Origin: Heterodontus francisci
Lineage: Eukaryota
DNA length: 64,000 nucleotides
Assembly (NCBI RefSeq): GCF_036365525.1
Contig: NC_090399.1
Span: 20,222,529 to 20,286,528, forward strand
Direction of reading: 5' to 3'
Below the pieces are notes generated by a model. That model had not been told where the DNA came from, did no database searches, and worked only from the letters and a program-made list of their open reading frames with translations. A program made the translations under genes and the position numbers. The stretch's first letter is position 1. Each line of letters starts with the position of its first letter. Shown one piece after another: positions 21,331 through 36,125 of the stretch.

Positions 21331-22854
21331 AACCGAAGAAATGGGTTGCAGCAAAGTCGAGGAAGTTTCTTCAGTCTCCATTTAAGCTGTGCTCCAGCTG
21401 ACCTCAGCGTGTCTCCACGCAAAACTGTGAAAATTCCTGGCAATGCTTACAAGCTCAATCAGGCTGATCATGTAAGACATTCTATTCTCTCATTAATAGT
21501 GAATCTTTTACAAAGGCAATGAATAAAACGGATCTGGTGGCTACCTTAACACGGTGCAGGGTTGGCACCCCAACGTTCTCCCGACGTCGGGTTCCCGACC
21601 CCCAGAAGGAAAATCCTTTTCACCAAAAGGAGGCACGGTTGACTTGGCAACAAGTCCACTGTCACACTGAGGCCCTGTCACTAACTGAAAAACGACAGGT
21701 GGGAAACCTTCCAGCGCTCTCGACAAGTCTTTTCTTTTCCCCTTGCAGAACCTGCGTTTCCAGTTTTTTTTTTTTAACTTTCTGTCGTTTGGAAATCCCA
21801 CAGACGATGTTCGAATCTTCATTCTCAATATGGATGGGATAACCAGCGGGATTCCTGCAGAAATAATTTCCCTATCCCTCTCCACGTTATGGCAGGAGAT
21901 GGGGAGAACCCACCCACAACCACATCCTCTCCCACCCATTGGAAATTCCATCCCTCAAAAATATTTCTTCTGGCAGAATATTTCGGAGCTGTGTCATATT
22001 GTTCTTGTATTTGACAGAGAGTTGGACCTTGTGATTGAGAAACTGCAGATATGTTTCAGGCCGTTGACCCAATATAAATGGCCTCCTTCATTTTGCAGCA
22101 CATCTCATGACCTTGGGTTTCTACTTGCTTTTGGCTTGACCAAATGTTCTCGTTTCGCCCTCGTTCCTGCTCTCGAGCAGTGGCTTTTACTGAATTTTCT
22201 TTTCTTCACATAACTCAGATATGACATGATCACCCATTTTGCAGCATTATCCAAATTTAAAATTGCACCGCCACCACCGCACAACTCCCCTCATCCCTCG
22301 CTCAGTTCCAATCCTAGCAGAAACCATTCTGTCCTTTTTCAGCGTGGTAGCATTCTTGCCTCCTCGTCAGAACGTCACCAGAGACTTAAATGCACAATCT
22401 AGGCTGCCGCTCCAGTGAGGGAGTGCTGCACTGTCGTAGGTGCTATCTTGTGGATGAGACATTAAACCAAGGCCCTGCCTGCCCTCTCAGGTGGACGGAA
22501 AAGACGCTGTGTCACTATTTTAAGGACTTCACCCCTTCCTCGGCTCTTCGGCTGCTGAAACCCTCATCCAGGACTTTGTTACCTCTAGACTTGACTATTC
22601 CAATGTTCTTCCGACCAGTCTCCCACATTCTTCCCTCATAAATTTGAGGGCATCCGAAACCTTGCTCCCCACGTCTGAACTCACACCACGTCCTGTTCAC
22701 CAACACCCCTGTGTTTGCTTACTCATTTTGGCTATCAGTTTAGTAATAAATTGATTTTAAAATTCCCATCCTTGTTTTCAAATGCCACCATGGTCTCACC
22801 CCTCCCTATCTCTGTAATCTCCTACAGCCCCACAACCCTCTGGGATATCTACAC

Positions 22855-23586
22855 TGCCCGACCTGAACCCGATGGGACCTGACATGTGTCTGGTCACTCT
22901 TCTGGGCCCGTTTTTCGGGATTATGTCGGGTCTGAGTCAGACACACACAGTATTAATTGGACTTGAAAGGTTGTTTAAAAGGATTAAGATTGGAGCCATG
23001 AAGTCAGTGATTGTTTGGTCACAAGGTAAACAGAAACCCATGGAGTTGTGCCCATTCAGGTTGTGCCACGCTGTACCAGTATCCGCATTGCTTAAAATAA
23101 AGACCTCAATTGCCCGAAGGCTCAGAAAATATCATTATACATTAACTAGACTCCTGCTTTACAGGTCGAAATACTTTCTGTAAGTTTATCCAGTGAGCAG
23201 CTGAGATGCCGAGACCAGGAAGGTCCTGAGTGATTAATTATTATTACAGTACTGTACTGTATGTGTGGTAGAATGGAGTCCTGACAGTGATCATTTTATA
23301 TTTTTTTATATAAATACTGTATATTTTATAATAATTAATCTCTCAGGACCTTCCTGGTCTCTGCATCTCAGCTGCTCACTGGATAAACTTGCAGCAAGTA
23401 TTTCAACTGAAAAAGTAAAAAACAGATTCGGAGTTGGAAGGTAGGTAAAGTGAACATTCCGTTGGTCGGGTTGGGTCGGACTCGGGTCAGGTTGGGCATG
23501 GGAAAAAATGGAAGGACTCAGACCAGGTTGGGCTCGGGTATGATGTGGTTCTGTTGTTTTTTTTTTCAGACCCGAGCAGGCCTTTC
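22855..23586. mobile_element. hAT-like MITE, unit 2 copy
   Basis: Flanked by ATCTACAC and ATCTACGC; internal inverted repeat at 23168-23404. Confidence 0.6.
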
Positions 23587-24533
23587 ATCTACGCTTCTCT
23601 GATTCTGGCCTCGTGAGCTCCAACATTGGTGGCTGTGACTTCAGGTGCCTAGCCCCAAGCTCTGGAATTCCCTCACTCAACCTCTCCACTTCTCTCTCCT
23701 CCTTAAAGAAATTCATTAAAAACCTACCACTCTGACCAAGCTTTTGGTCATCAGCTATAATATCATCTTATGTCACTTGGTCAAAGTTTGCTTATAATGC
23801 TCTTGTGAAGTGCCTTGTGATGTTATATTACATTAAAGGTGCAATATAAATGCAAGTTGTTTTTGTTGTTGTTGAAGAAGACTGGGGGTGTTCTCCCCAA
23901 CTTCACTAAAACAGATGATCTAGTCATTTATCTCATTGCTGTTTGTGGGAGTTTGCTGCTGTGTGTAAACTGGATGCTGCATTGTCTACATTTCAAGAGT
24001 GACTGCATTTCAAAAAGGAGTCGAATTGGCTGTGATGCACTTTTGGATGTCCTGGGGTGGTGAAAGCTGATTTATAAATGGAAATCTTTCAGGTCTTGCT
24101 TTACTGAAGACCAGCCTGGTCTGAAATGCTCAGGAAGATGACTGTGCACACAAACGAACAATTCAAAGGTCAGGTGCATCAGAAGGGAAAAACTCAGGTA
24201 GCACAGACACTGAGAGGTATATGAAGCAGGAAAGCAAATTTGAATCAAAACAAGGGAAAGTGTATTAGCACACTTCCAAATAGAAATAATCAGAATAAGT
24301 ATAGACAATCAAAACTGTTAGGAATCAATTCACAGAAGTCATCCAAATACTTGGTTCAATTACAGGCATCACACATGCACACTCACACACACTCACACAT
24401 AGAGTAACACACACAGGTTGGAGTGTGTCACAAAGAGTAACACACGGGGCGGAGTGAGTCTCTCACACACACAGATTAACACAAAGGCTGGAGTGTGTCA
24501 AACACACACAGAGTAACACAAAGGCTGGGGTCA

Positions 24534-27500
24534 GTCTTTAAACATTAATCTTTATTGCATAATAACTATATACACTCCACACTAGCCTGTGTGTCTCCTT
24601 CAAAAGCCTTGCTGTAACTGATCTTGAGTCTCTCCCACATGATTTCTTAACTCATCCTGGTGGGCAGTAATCTTTACGTTCTCTCAGGATTAACCCTTTG
24701 ATACCCTTATACTACATTTTCCCCACGTTTTTAACCTAAGATATATTTAGACACATTCATTTTTTCATTTACACGCTATCCTATCTCCTCCCAAGTCTCT
24801 GACTTCATAGATTCAACCTATCAGGAGGCTTCACAACTCTCCCTAATCTTGTTGGTCGTCAGATGTGAAAGATTGATAATCTTTCTCTGATCCCTTGTTT
24901 CTTGACTTGGATGGTCTTCGTTGAGTTTTGTAGCATTTGGCACTTTTTGATTTTTCGGTTCATCATCTGAGTCGTCTAACTGTGTAACTAACGTCTTTGA
25001 TGTAAAGGAATAAGATTCCTTCTATTTCTCCATATAGGATCTTCTTGAGTCCATAGTAGAGAAGATCGCTGTTGATTCTCATCTTTCTGGAGAATTACCC
25101 TGTCTCTCTTTTGGTCTCGTACCCATACTTTTTGCCCTTCTGACAACTTTGGTAGGTTTCAGGTACGGAACCTTCTGTTATGATAATGGGTCTGCTTGTT
25201 TCAATATGACTTTTCTATGTCCAGTATTTTCTGATAATCCTTGCCTTGCAATCCTGGAAGTAACTTCTTGCATAGAATTGAAAATTGCTTTTGAAGTTTT
25301 CATTAAGAGTTGTGATGGCGCTAATCTGCACAATAATGGAATAGTTCTGTATGTCAGTCGTGCTAAATGGAAATCTCTTTTTTTTCAATCCACATAATTT
25401 TAATGGTTCTGACTGCTCGCTCTGCTTCTCCATTTGATTGTGGATACTTAGGAGAGCTTGTTAGGTGAACAAATCCACATTATTCTGCAAAGTGCGTGAA
25501 GTAATCGTTTGCAAATTGCAGTCCATTATCAGATAATATGTGATCAGGTATACCAGGTGTTGTGAAACTTCTTGTAAAACTCTGATGACTGCTTCAGTTG
25601 TTGTTGTGTTGTCCATCTTAACTTCGATCCATCCTGAGAACTAATCAACTATAATTAGCTAGGCTCTTCCTTCAAAGAAGAACAAATCCACGGTCTAGTT
25701 GAGAATTGGGTCGAAATTACAGGTTCTCTTTGATCTTGTCTTCCCCAGCTTCTTCCCCAGTTCTCTGTCCGTGTAGCACTCCTGTGAAACTTACTGCATT
25801 TCTGTTTATCTCTCTGCTAATCTTTGAGCAGCACGGCGGGCTGTGAAATATTGCATTGTGTGGGCTCTGTAACGAAATCTGGACTCTCTGCAAAACTCAG
25901 GTCAGGGTATGGGGCTCTCCCTCTGTCCTCGCTCCTGGATTATTCTCGTTTATCTACTTCAACTTTCTCAATAATATGAAGATCAATAAAAGTTCTTCTA
26001 CTTAAGTCTGCGAACTCCTGATTTCTTAGGACATACAGTGTTTCCAATATTTACTTTCCATTATATTGAAGCGTTGCTTGTAACTTCCCCTTTACTTCAA
26101 GTACAAGACCTCCTGGGCCATGCAACTGAGTTTCTATTGCTTGCTCCGGTGTCAAGTTTGAAATGTGTCTGCTGACCAAAATGCTCGTTTCAGATCATTG
26201 ATCTCACCCAGAAAATATTTCGATTGGTCTGCTGCAGGAGGTTCTTTAACTTCATTTATCTCTCTATTCTTAACTACTTTTCCTTTAGAGGTTGATGTGG
26301 TCACGATTTTATTTCAGCATAATCTTACTGAGATGCCCTATTTTTCTGTAATAAAGGCATTCTGCTCTATTGGCGGGACACTGTCCATGCCTGTGGGACG
26401 TTTTTGCAACACAATGTTTAAGGACATCTTTTGCTCTGCCCCCTAGTGTACCTGTTTTCCTGGTACCTCTTGTTCAGCCGTCTGGTGAAGGAACGGAACT
26501 GTTACAGGAGGATTCCTGTACCGGGGTCTTTCCTCACCTCGTATGATTGGTCTGTTATTGCTGCACTAATTGAAGTCGGGAACAAAAGCTTTCACAACGT
26601 GTTCAAATTTTGTTGATTTTATCAATACGCTGCTATTATATCATCAGCTACAGCACCAATTAAATACAATTATTTATTAATTTGCTCTGCTTCAGACCTG
26701 CTGTCCAATTTCAATACAATTCTATATCTGAGAAATATTTTCCTCTATCGTACCCAGTTTTGAGTCTGATTGGATCCCTTGTGACTTTTGAAACTCTCTG
26801 GAAGTCCCAATTTTTGATCCATTTTTAAATCATTTAGAGACCTTTTAGCGTGTTCCCCTTTAAGAAACTCTTTTTCTCACACTAGCTTGCTTTGATGGAG
26901 TGTATCAGGTGCTTGAGAGAGTTCCTGATGTTTTAAATAGGCTTTCTAGGGGTTTACCCTTTGCTTCAGCAGCTCACTTATATCTTTATTTATTCTGAGA
27001 TACAGCACTGAAACAGGCCCTTTGGCCCACCGAGTCTGTTCCAATCAACAACCACCCATTGATACTAACTCTACACTGCCCCCAGGTTTTCTACCACATC
27101 CGCACCATTCACCTACCACCTGCCTACACTAGGGGCAATTTACAATGGCCAATTTACCTATCAACCTGCATACTTTTGGAGGTGGGAGGAAATCGGAACA
27201 CCCGGCGGAAACCCACGCAGACACAGGGAGAACTTGTAAACTCTGCACAGGCAGTACTCAGAATCGAACCCGGGTCGCTGGAGCTGTGAGGCTGCAGTGC
27301 TAACCACGGCGCCACTGTGCCACTGACAGCTGACACAGCTGTCTATTGGAATTAACAGAGCTGTTCCGTGGACAGTTTCAGGGTTTTCCCCTTTTCTTTT
27401 TAAGACCACGAGATACTTCAAGCTTGACAGCTTTAATTATTTTTTCAGGCTTGGCTGCATTAATGGAGATTCTGCTGTATTCGGGGTTTCCCTGCCCTTT

Positions 27501-28139
27501 TTTTCTCTTCAGTATCGGACTTTTCCCGTACATTTTTTTCAGTTCGTGCACTTTTCAGGGTTCTCTCCACTCTCCACCCTTGCATTCAGCCTGAGTGAGG
27601 GATGGGTTGACCCCATTGCTTTTTTCTTTCAATCTCACACTGAGACTTTGGAAAAAATAATTTTTTAAAACTCTTCAAAGGCTTTTTTTTAAACCAGGAT
27701 TTCTTAGGCGTCAGCACAATAATTCAGCCGATTGCTTGTTTGCAGCCATGCTTCCATTCTATGGAGCTTCTCTCAGCCTTCAAAGATCTGTTGTTTCTTT
27801 TTATCTTTTCAGATACTTATTTTAAATTCTCTCTTCTGGCTGAAGGATGCTAGTTACTTCAAACTTTTTCTTCTGAGTGTAGAATCCCTCCACTGTTCAC
27901 CATATTATATGTTTGGTTCTTCATGCTGCCACCGTCAGAGAGGTTCTTAGACTGGAGTGTTTAAACATTAATCTTTATTGCATTGTAAGGATATACACTT
28001 CACACCAGCCTGTGTGTCTCCTTCAATAACCACGCTGTAACTGTTCCCAAACCTCTCCCACATAATCCCTTACATCATCATGATGGGCCGCAATCTTTAC
28101 GTTCTCTCAAGATTAACCCTTTGATACATTTAGATGACA
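24534..28139 (-). mobile_element. Degenerate Gypsy LTR element, unit 2 copy (V-SINE at about 26985-27321)
   Basis: Same paired LTRs. It retains roughly 90 bp of gag sequence at about 26680-26770 that is missing in units 1 and 3. Confidence 0.85.
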
Positions 28140-28560
28140 AAGCACACAGGCTGAAGTGTGTCACATACACACAGAGTAACACACAGGCTGGAATGAGTCA
28201 CAAATGCAAAGTAACACCACAGGCTGGAGTCAGTCTCTCTCTCACTCACAGAGTAACACACAGGCTGGGGTTTGTCACATACACAGAGTAACACACAGGC
28301 TGGAGTTTGTCACATACACAGAGTAACACACAGGCTGGAGTATGTCACATACACAGAGTAACACACAGGCTGGGGTATGTCACATACACAGAGGAACACA
28401 CAGGCTGGAATGAGTCACAAATGCAAAGTAACACACAGGCTGGAGTCAGTCTCACTCACACACACACACACAGAAACACACAGGCTGGAGTCAGTCTCCC
28501 GCACACACACACACACACACACACACAGAAACACACATGCTAGAGTGGGTCACACACACA
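28140..28560 (+). repeat. Minisatellite block, unit 2
   Basis: Same ~35-bp monomer in a shorter array. Confidence 0.9.
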
Positions 28561-29127
28561 GGGAATGTATTCATCTTGTGGATTTTCTGACGGTAGAATT
28601 GGATTTGGGCGGCACTTCCGCTCCCTCGTTTTTTGCCTGTTGCCACCCGATTACAAGTGGAAATCAAAGTTTCAGCAGCGGGCATGGGAGATACATGCGA
28701 TCATGTGGTGTGGAATACTTTTCATGGTGGAGCCTGCTGTCATTCAGGGAAGCATTATGCATGGCATTGTTATAAATAATCCTTCAGTGCAATCAGGGAG
28801 GCTCATCAACGAGGCCAGTCTTTTTCAGAGACTTCTGGGCTTTTCCCCTTAAATCTTACCCACCCTCACCCATCTTTACACCTGTCGCAAACAAAGGCTA
28901 TGGACCCTGGCAACATTACGGCAAGAGCACTGAGGACCTGTGCTCCAGAACTTGCCGCGCCCCCAGACAAGCAGATTTGTGATGGTGCGGGGGTGCGTGG
29001 AGGGGTGGGGTGGGTGTGGGTGGGGGGGGGAATAGTAACCGCAGTGAGACAGGGACACCAGCAGATGGAGATGCTGAGCCATTGCTGATGGGAAGGTTTG
29101 GTGTTACTGAGAGTTTGACAGTTTCCA

Positions 29128-29482
29128 AACACAGAGTAACACGCTGGCTGGAGTGTGTCACAGGCACAGAGTAACACACTGGTTGGAGTGTGTCACACGC
29201 ACACACAGAATAACACACTGGCTGAAGTGTGTCACACACACACAGAGTAACACACTGGTTGGAGTGTGTCACACGCACACACAGAATAACACACTGGCTG
29301 AAGTGTGTCACACACACACAGAATAACACACTGGCTGGAGTGTGTACACACACAGAGTAACTTACTGGCTGGAGTGTGTCACACACAAACACACAGAATA
29401 ACACACTGGCTGGAGTGCGTCACACACACAGAATAACACACTGGCTGGAGTGTGTACACACACAGAGTAACACACAGGCTGG
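29128..29482 (+). repeat. Minisatellite block, unit 2, ending at the empty CR1 site
   Basis: GAGTAACACACAGGCTGGTGTACGTC is contiguous here. Confidence 0.9.
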
Positions 29483-32400
29483 TGTACGTCAAGAATATCA
29501 ATGTGCTACCAAGAAACAACTGAAGACACTGGATGCTGCAAAGGCAATGGGCCGTGACAATGTTCCGGCAATAGTACTGAAGACCAGTACCTGATATGAA
29601 ATGTGACCCGTGGTAAGATGGAATTTCTTCTGGAAATCGGTTTTGCAGCATGCATTTCCTGGAATATTTCCAGAATGTGTTGTGACAAGGTCCCAGGCTC
29701 ATAAGGTTAAACAAGATGAGATGGATTCAGATGTTTTCGAGGACAATTCCGATGTTTGGTTGGCTGAAATATTTTTCAGGGATTTGGATGAGGACATTGG
29801 TGTTAAAGGCTCCAAGGTTAACAATGGGGAATTGTTTAGCAGATCTCCCGTGATTTTGGGACACAACAGGCAGATCCTGATTTTAGGAGCTTGTCTCAGG
29901 CGACCTGTTTTGAGCCACAGACTGAAAAGTTTTATTAGTGTTATTACGTCAAGAAAGATGAGGAAGTGGAGACCTCTCCGCTGATGAGGATTGGACTGTA
30001 ATCCATCAAATGGTTGTCCCTCCTTGCTATCATAGTGTAATTTAGAGAATTGCCAATGAAATCCCAGTCACAGGTCATTTGTGTTTTCCAAAAACTCAGG
30101 TTAGGGTAATGACATATTGTTTCTAGCAAAGCTGCATCAGGATGTGGTTCACTATTGTAAGACATGCCACACATGTCAAATGGTTGGGATCCACAACCTA
30201 TATCTTTACCTTTGCCACCTATCTCAATAAAAGCAGATTTCCTTTCATTATCAAAAGTCTTTTCTTTCCAATTTCTCTGAAAGTTTCCAAATTGAGGCCT
30301 GTGACAACTGCTTTGTGAATCAATTCATAATCATGTGCTACTACTGCGGCTTCCTTTATTTTACAAACTTCATTTTTTAAAATTTGTTTGTGGGATGTGG
30401 GCGTTGCTGGCTAGGCCAACATTTATTGCCCATCCCGAAATGCCTTTGAACTGAGTGGCTTGCGAGGCCATTTCAAAATGCTTTTTTGTGTCTGGAGTCA
30501 GATGGAGGTCAGACCACGTAAGGATGGCAGATTTCCTTCCGAAAAGGACATTAGTTAAACAGATGGGTTTTTATAACAATCGACAATGGTTTCATGGTCA
30601 CAATTAGACTAGCCTTTGAATTCCAGAATTGTGAAGAAAATTCAAACTTCACCTTCTCCTATGGTGGGATTCGATCCCTTGTCCCCAGATCTTTAGTTTG
30701 TGCTCTGGAATACTAGTTTAATAACATTAACACTCTGCCGCGACCTCCTCCATGATGTTTCATTTGGAAACTTATTCCTGAACGAATACTGTGTTTCAAA
30801 TCTTCCATCAGAATTACTTCCCTCAGGCTCTCAAAGTCTTGTGCAATCTTTATTGACCTATACCACCTGTCAAATTCAATCGTGTCTTTCAAAAGGAAAT
30901 AGGATAAATACTTGAAGGGAAATGAAATGGGAGTAGAGGGGGAAAGGACCGGATGTGGGACTAGATAAATTGCTCTTGCAGAGAGTAGGCACGGGCATGA
31001 TGGGCCGAATCACCTCCTTCACGAGGAGTGAGAGCGCCCATTAAGGCCCTATCACTCACTAATCGAGGAAGAGGTCTTGCAAATAAAGATGAGTGTTGAG
31101 GCTGGAGGACACATCCTGCAGGTTTCTTCTCTAATTTACAGTGTGCCCGTTCTGAACGAAATCTCACACTGACACACAATGCATAGGAAAATTCAGCTGC
31201 TTTCAGCTGACGCTCATCAGTCTTTGCTTGACCTCAACCCTAAATACTAATTCTTGACCTTCTGTTCTATTTCAGGGCAATGGAATGTGCCCAGAACCTG
31301 AGGTGTGGGAAATGGGTTGCACTTGTGATCATGCGGAAGCACCCACGGTTACTTCCGCAAGCATCAGCTCAGAGACTTGCATTGCCAGTACTTTAGTTGG
31401 TATGCAAGATGGTTATGGACTGTTCGACTCAAGGAGCAGCAGAGAATGGAAAATGGGTAGCGGGATAGGATGGTTAGTAAGGGGCTTTCTGCAGGAAGAG
31501 CTAACATCTTAAAGAGCACAGCTGAAGATTTCAAGGACACAGTCAACATTCAAAAACTGCTTCCTATTTACCAGGGATTATTCAGTGCTTTGGGCAGCCT
31601 GCCTGCGATTCGACACACAATGACAGAGAGCATGGAAAAATCCAGCTCCAGATGTTGGAGAGGGGGTGAGGGGGTGGGGGGGGGGTGGGGGGTGTGTGTG
31701 TTTGTGAGGGGTGGGGTGGGCGTGTGTATGGATCATTCAGAACGGTTTTAACACCTTAATGACGAGAATGGAGTGAGACAAGTGAAGTCAACGGAACTGA
31801 GTATTGGATGGGGCGCATAAAGGGCAGTCGATTCCATGCCACCCACATTGCTTTCATGCCAAAGGCAAACTATTATCCTGTCGAAATATAGACTGCTTTA
31901 GGGAAATAGCAGATCCACCTTGTATTCCTGCTGATTTATATTATTCCTTTTTAGTAATGCATCAAAGACAGCCTGCGCTACAGTTAAACTGCTTCTTACA
32001 ATACAGACATCAACAACGACCTGCGGGGCACAAACCAGGCAGAACCACTTTTGCTGCCTTTTCTTCCAGATGCCGATATTCAGTGCTATTGAAGTCAAGT
32101 AGATTGAATATCGGCAGGGGCGTGCAACGAACCACCAATGCAATGCCACCTGCTTTGTCAATATCCACTCCCGTGTACTTGTATGGCATGTTTAATGCAG
32201 AAAACCATCACAAAGCACTTCAGAGAGGCCGAATCAAATAATAATAGATATTGAACCAAGAGTAATTCTGAGAATAGGATTGGTCAAAAAGGTGGGTGTT
32301 GGGGACTGATTGAAGCAGTTGAGGGATAGTAAGGTGGAGCGGTTTAGAGCAGCAATTCCACAGAGCGGGTGTCTGTGGCTCCAGGTTTGACAGCAAGAGG

Positions 32401-33012
32401 GGATCGAATGGGGAGTCTTTGCTGAAGAGGTCGTAATTGAAGAGGGAGGACAGTTGGGATGTTAGGCATGGAGCAGGTCACAGGGATAGAAAGAGAGAAT
32501 AGGCGGAAGTTCAGGGAGGGTGGCTAATCGGAACCTGGACAGCAATAATCGGCGTAGCTTTGACGTTAGACCATTGTGTAAAACCTGTGGTATGGAGTGC
32601 ACCACTCGGGAAGAAGCTCTCCTGATTTTTTTTTCCAACAAAGTCGAAATTACCCCACTTAGCTCTGCTGGTGTCAAAGGCATGAACGAGGGTTTGAACG
32701 TCTGATGCAGTGACGAAAAGCTGGAGTTCGACAACATTAAGACGGTGAAACTTGTCGGTCTATATTCACTTCTCGGTTCAACCTAAACCCAATGTCCCAT
32801 GAACGCTGAGCTGCTGCAATCAAAAAGCAGCAACGGAGCAAGAGTCTCAGAGGCGAGGATTTTTTCAGTCTGAGATTGCACACTGTTTTTAATTCTCTGG
32901 GGATTGGGGAGTTCACGTTAATTGCTGGTTTATGAAGAGATGTAGTAACTTGTTTGTTTGAAAGCATCTAGCTAATGACACCGGTTCTGTGACCTCACTC
33001 TCTCACTGGACG

Positions 33013-33030
33013 ATTGGCTCGTGTATAAAT
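33013..33030 (+). promoter_or_regulatory. Putative CCAAT (ATTGG) plus TATA (TATAAAT) promoter of GPCR copy 2
   Basis: TATAAAT at 33024-33030, 60 nt upstream of the ATG at 33084. Confidence 0.55.
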
Positions 33031-33083
33031 GAGGTTTTTTCAGTGCATTGCCTCGGATCAACCGCTCCTAGTTTTTGGAGAAA

Positions 33084-33147
33084 ATGGGACGACAGGCACT
33101 TCCAATAGAAATGTTCTTTCCGATTCTCGCAGTTATTGGCATTCCTG
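33084..33147 (+). CDS. GPR139-like GPCR copy 2, exon 1 (MGRQALPIEMFFPILAVIGIP)
   Basis: ATG in Kozak context, GTAAGT donor at 33148. Confidence 0.9.
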
Positions 33148-35226
33148 GTAAGTAATTCCAAACTACCCTGAAAGATTTAGTGCACCATTGCTAAACTGCA
33201 TTATTATTTTCCCTGTGTGTTTTTGTTATTGTTGTTGTTGCCTTTGTGACGGTAATTTGCATTAGCCAGGTGTTAAAGTCGAGCATTCGATCGCTCGCCC
33301 ATTGATGAGTTCGTCCGATTTTCGTTCCCTTTGATGTTTATGTTAATGGCTCAGTCCTGTTCTATATCACTGGGCAGGCAGTCAATCCCTCCGCATTACA
33401 AAGTGAAAATGGACCCTGTGTCATTTGTACTGAGCTGTGGCTCTGTCGGTCGAAATCTCTGCTTTGAGTCGGATAATCTTGCGTTTCCCTCCCATTTCAG
33501 TGAGTTGAGTTCAGACTGTAAGCTGCCATTTCGGTGCAATATTGATGAAGTGATGCGATATTGTCGAATTATAGAATTGTTACAGCACAGAAGGAAACCA
33601 TTCATCACGTCGTGTCCATGCCAGTTCTCAGGGAGTGCAGCACAGCTCATCCCATTCCCCTGTCTTTCCCCCCGAGCCCAGCATTTTTCTCTTCAGATAA
33701 ATATTCAATTCCCTTTTGAAAGCCACAATTCAATCTGCCTTCACCACACTCTCAGGCAGTGGATTCCAGATCCGAACCATTCACTGCGGAAGATAACTTT
33801 TCCTCCCCTTTGATTCTTTCACCAAACGCCTTAAATCGGAGTCCTCTGAAATTCGACCCTCCCGCCAATGGGAACAGTTTCTCTCTATCTATTCTATCCA
33901 GTCCCCTCATGATTTTGAATACCTCTCAATATTGCACCTCTCAAATCTCCTCTCAATTATCTCTTCTTTGAGCAGAATAGTCCCAACAGAGCAGTAAATG
34001 AAGTCCCTCATCCCCAGACCATTTTGTAAATATTTTCTGCACTCTCTTCAATGCTTTCACGTCCTTCCTAAAGTGTGGTGCCCAGAATTGTATAGAATAC
34101 TCCAGCTGAGGCCGAGCCAGTGTTTTATAATGGCCCGACATAACTTCCTTGCTTTTCTACTCTCTGCCACGATCTATAAAGCCCAGGATCCGTATTCCTT
34201 ATTAACCAATTTCTCAACCTGCCCGATCACCTTCAACGATTTGTGCTCATACACCCGTCCCCCACATCCCCGCCAGAACCTTCTGCTCCTGAACCTTCTT
34301 TAGAATTGTTTATCCATTATTTTATATTGCCTTTCCTCATTCTTAAAATCATCTTTTTATGAGATGTTAAAAAATAACTGATTTAATTTTAATAAAAATG
34401 CAGAACTGGTTCAGCTGGATACAATCATCATACTGCTAAATGTTGAATTAAATCTCGAACTATTCACGTATGGGGTAACTTTCACTTTGTATTAACATCA
34501 ATGCGCAAAAAACACGGAAGGGCTGTAAAGTACGGGGCCCATTTGATATCAATTGCTTTTGTTTTACTTTGCACGGCAATGAAAGTTAAAAATGTTCCCA
34601 ATGTTTCTATTTGCATTGAAAGGGAGATAAAACAGCATTAATCAGTAATAGGCAAGGAATGTTTATATGTTTTAACCTAATTGAACCGTAAAAAACTGAT
34701 GGCATTGGATACAACTCTGATTTTACCTGTCGCCCGATTCTCTTCTCTATTGAAGTCACTGTGAACAACATTGGGCGGAACGAGCATCCCATAGAATCCG
34801 TCAGCATCCGGCCCAGCAAGTTACTTCCAAATGGCTCCCATTAATGGTTTCATATTAGAATATCATGAAGTTACCGCAGGGAAAAAATGTCTGGCAAGAA
34901 GATGGGGAAGTTTGCTGCAGCTGCCACGTGACAATTTATTCCAATCCAGGTTAACTATTAGCTATATTGTGCAATGGGTAATATTGAATTCTCCGCCCCT
35001 TGTACATTCAGCCTGTTACTCTCTTCCAATGACTTCCATGGAAAAAAAATGGATGGCCAATTAGATACCGCTATTTGACCCGGTCACACATGGTTAAAAT
35101 TACCCCCGGTTCCTCCACCCCACAACTCTCAGCCTTATGATGCTTAACACCAGATTTCCAACTTGCTGTCAGTGTACATCTCTGTTCAATGTTTTGTTAA
35201 ATTTCCTGTTTTTGCATTTCTCCCAG

Positions 35227-36125
35227 CGAACCTGCTGTCAGTTTTGGTTCTTTTCCAAAGGAACTGCGGTCTTTCCAAAGGAATCACTCGTTATATGATG
35301 GCCATGGCCGTGGGAGACCTCATGGTCCTTATCTTTAATGTTATTGTGAACGAAATCATCAAGTATCATTTTCCAGATTCATTGCTGAACTACACTTCCG
35401 CGTGTCGCTTTAGTGTCTTCATGCAAGGGTTTAGCATTCAGCTCTCTATCTGGTTCACACTGTCGTTCACCTTTGACCGTTTTGTCGCAATTTGTTGCCA
35501 GAAATTGAAATCAAGATATTGCAACGAAAGGACAGCCACCACGGTTATAACGACCATGTGTGTGCTCAACATTTTGAACAATATTCCCATGCCTTTCCGC
35601 TATGAGCCCGATTATACTCTCAACAATATACAGTGGGGTTGCCGCACCGTCACAGGATATTTTACTTCACCCGCATGGAAGATTCACCAATGGATTACCA
35701 TCCTCTCAAATGCATTACTTCCAATTCCTTTGCTGCTGCTGTTGAACTCTCTCACCGTCAGGCACATTTTATTAGCCAGTCGAGCTCGCAAAGCCCTGAA
35801 GAGCAACAACAATGGAAAAACCGGCAGTGATCCCGAGATGAAGAACAGAAGAACATCCATCATTCTACTCTTTGCTATCTCGGGCAGTTTTATTGTGTTG
35901 TCGGCCCCTATTACCGTAATACACATCTGTGTCGGTGTCACACAGACAGTCACTTTCCAAGGTTCAAACTCACTTTATTTGGCAATTAGAATCACATTTC
36001 TGTTGATGTGCACCAGCTCCTGTACAAACACTTGTATTTATGCACTGACACAGAGGAGATTCAGAGCGGAGATCAGGAATATGGTGAAATATCCGTATTA
36101 TCTCATTGTTAAATTATTTAAATAA
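35227..36125 (+). CDS. GPR139-like GPCR copy 2, exon 2 (spliced protein 320 aa)
   Basis: TTTCTCCCAG acceptor and an 899-nt open frame with the same motifs. Confidence 0.93.
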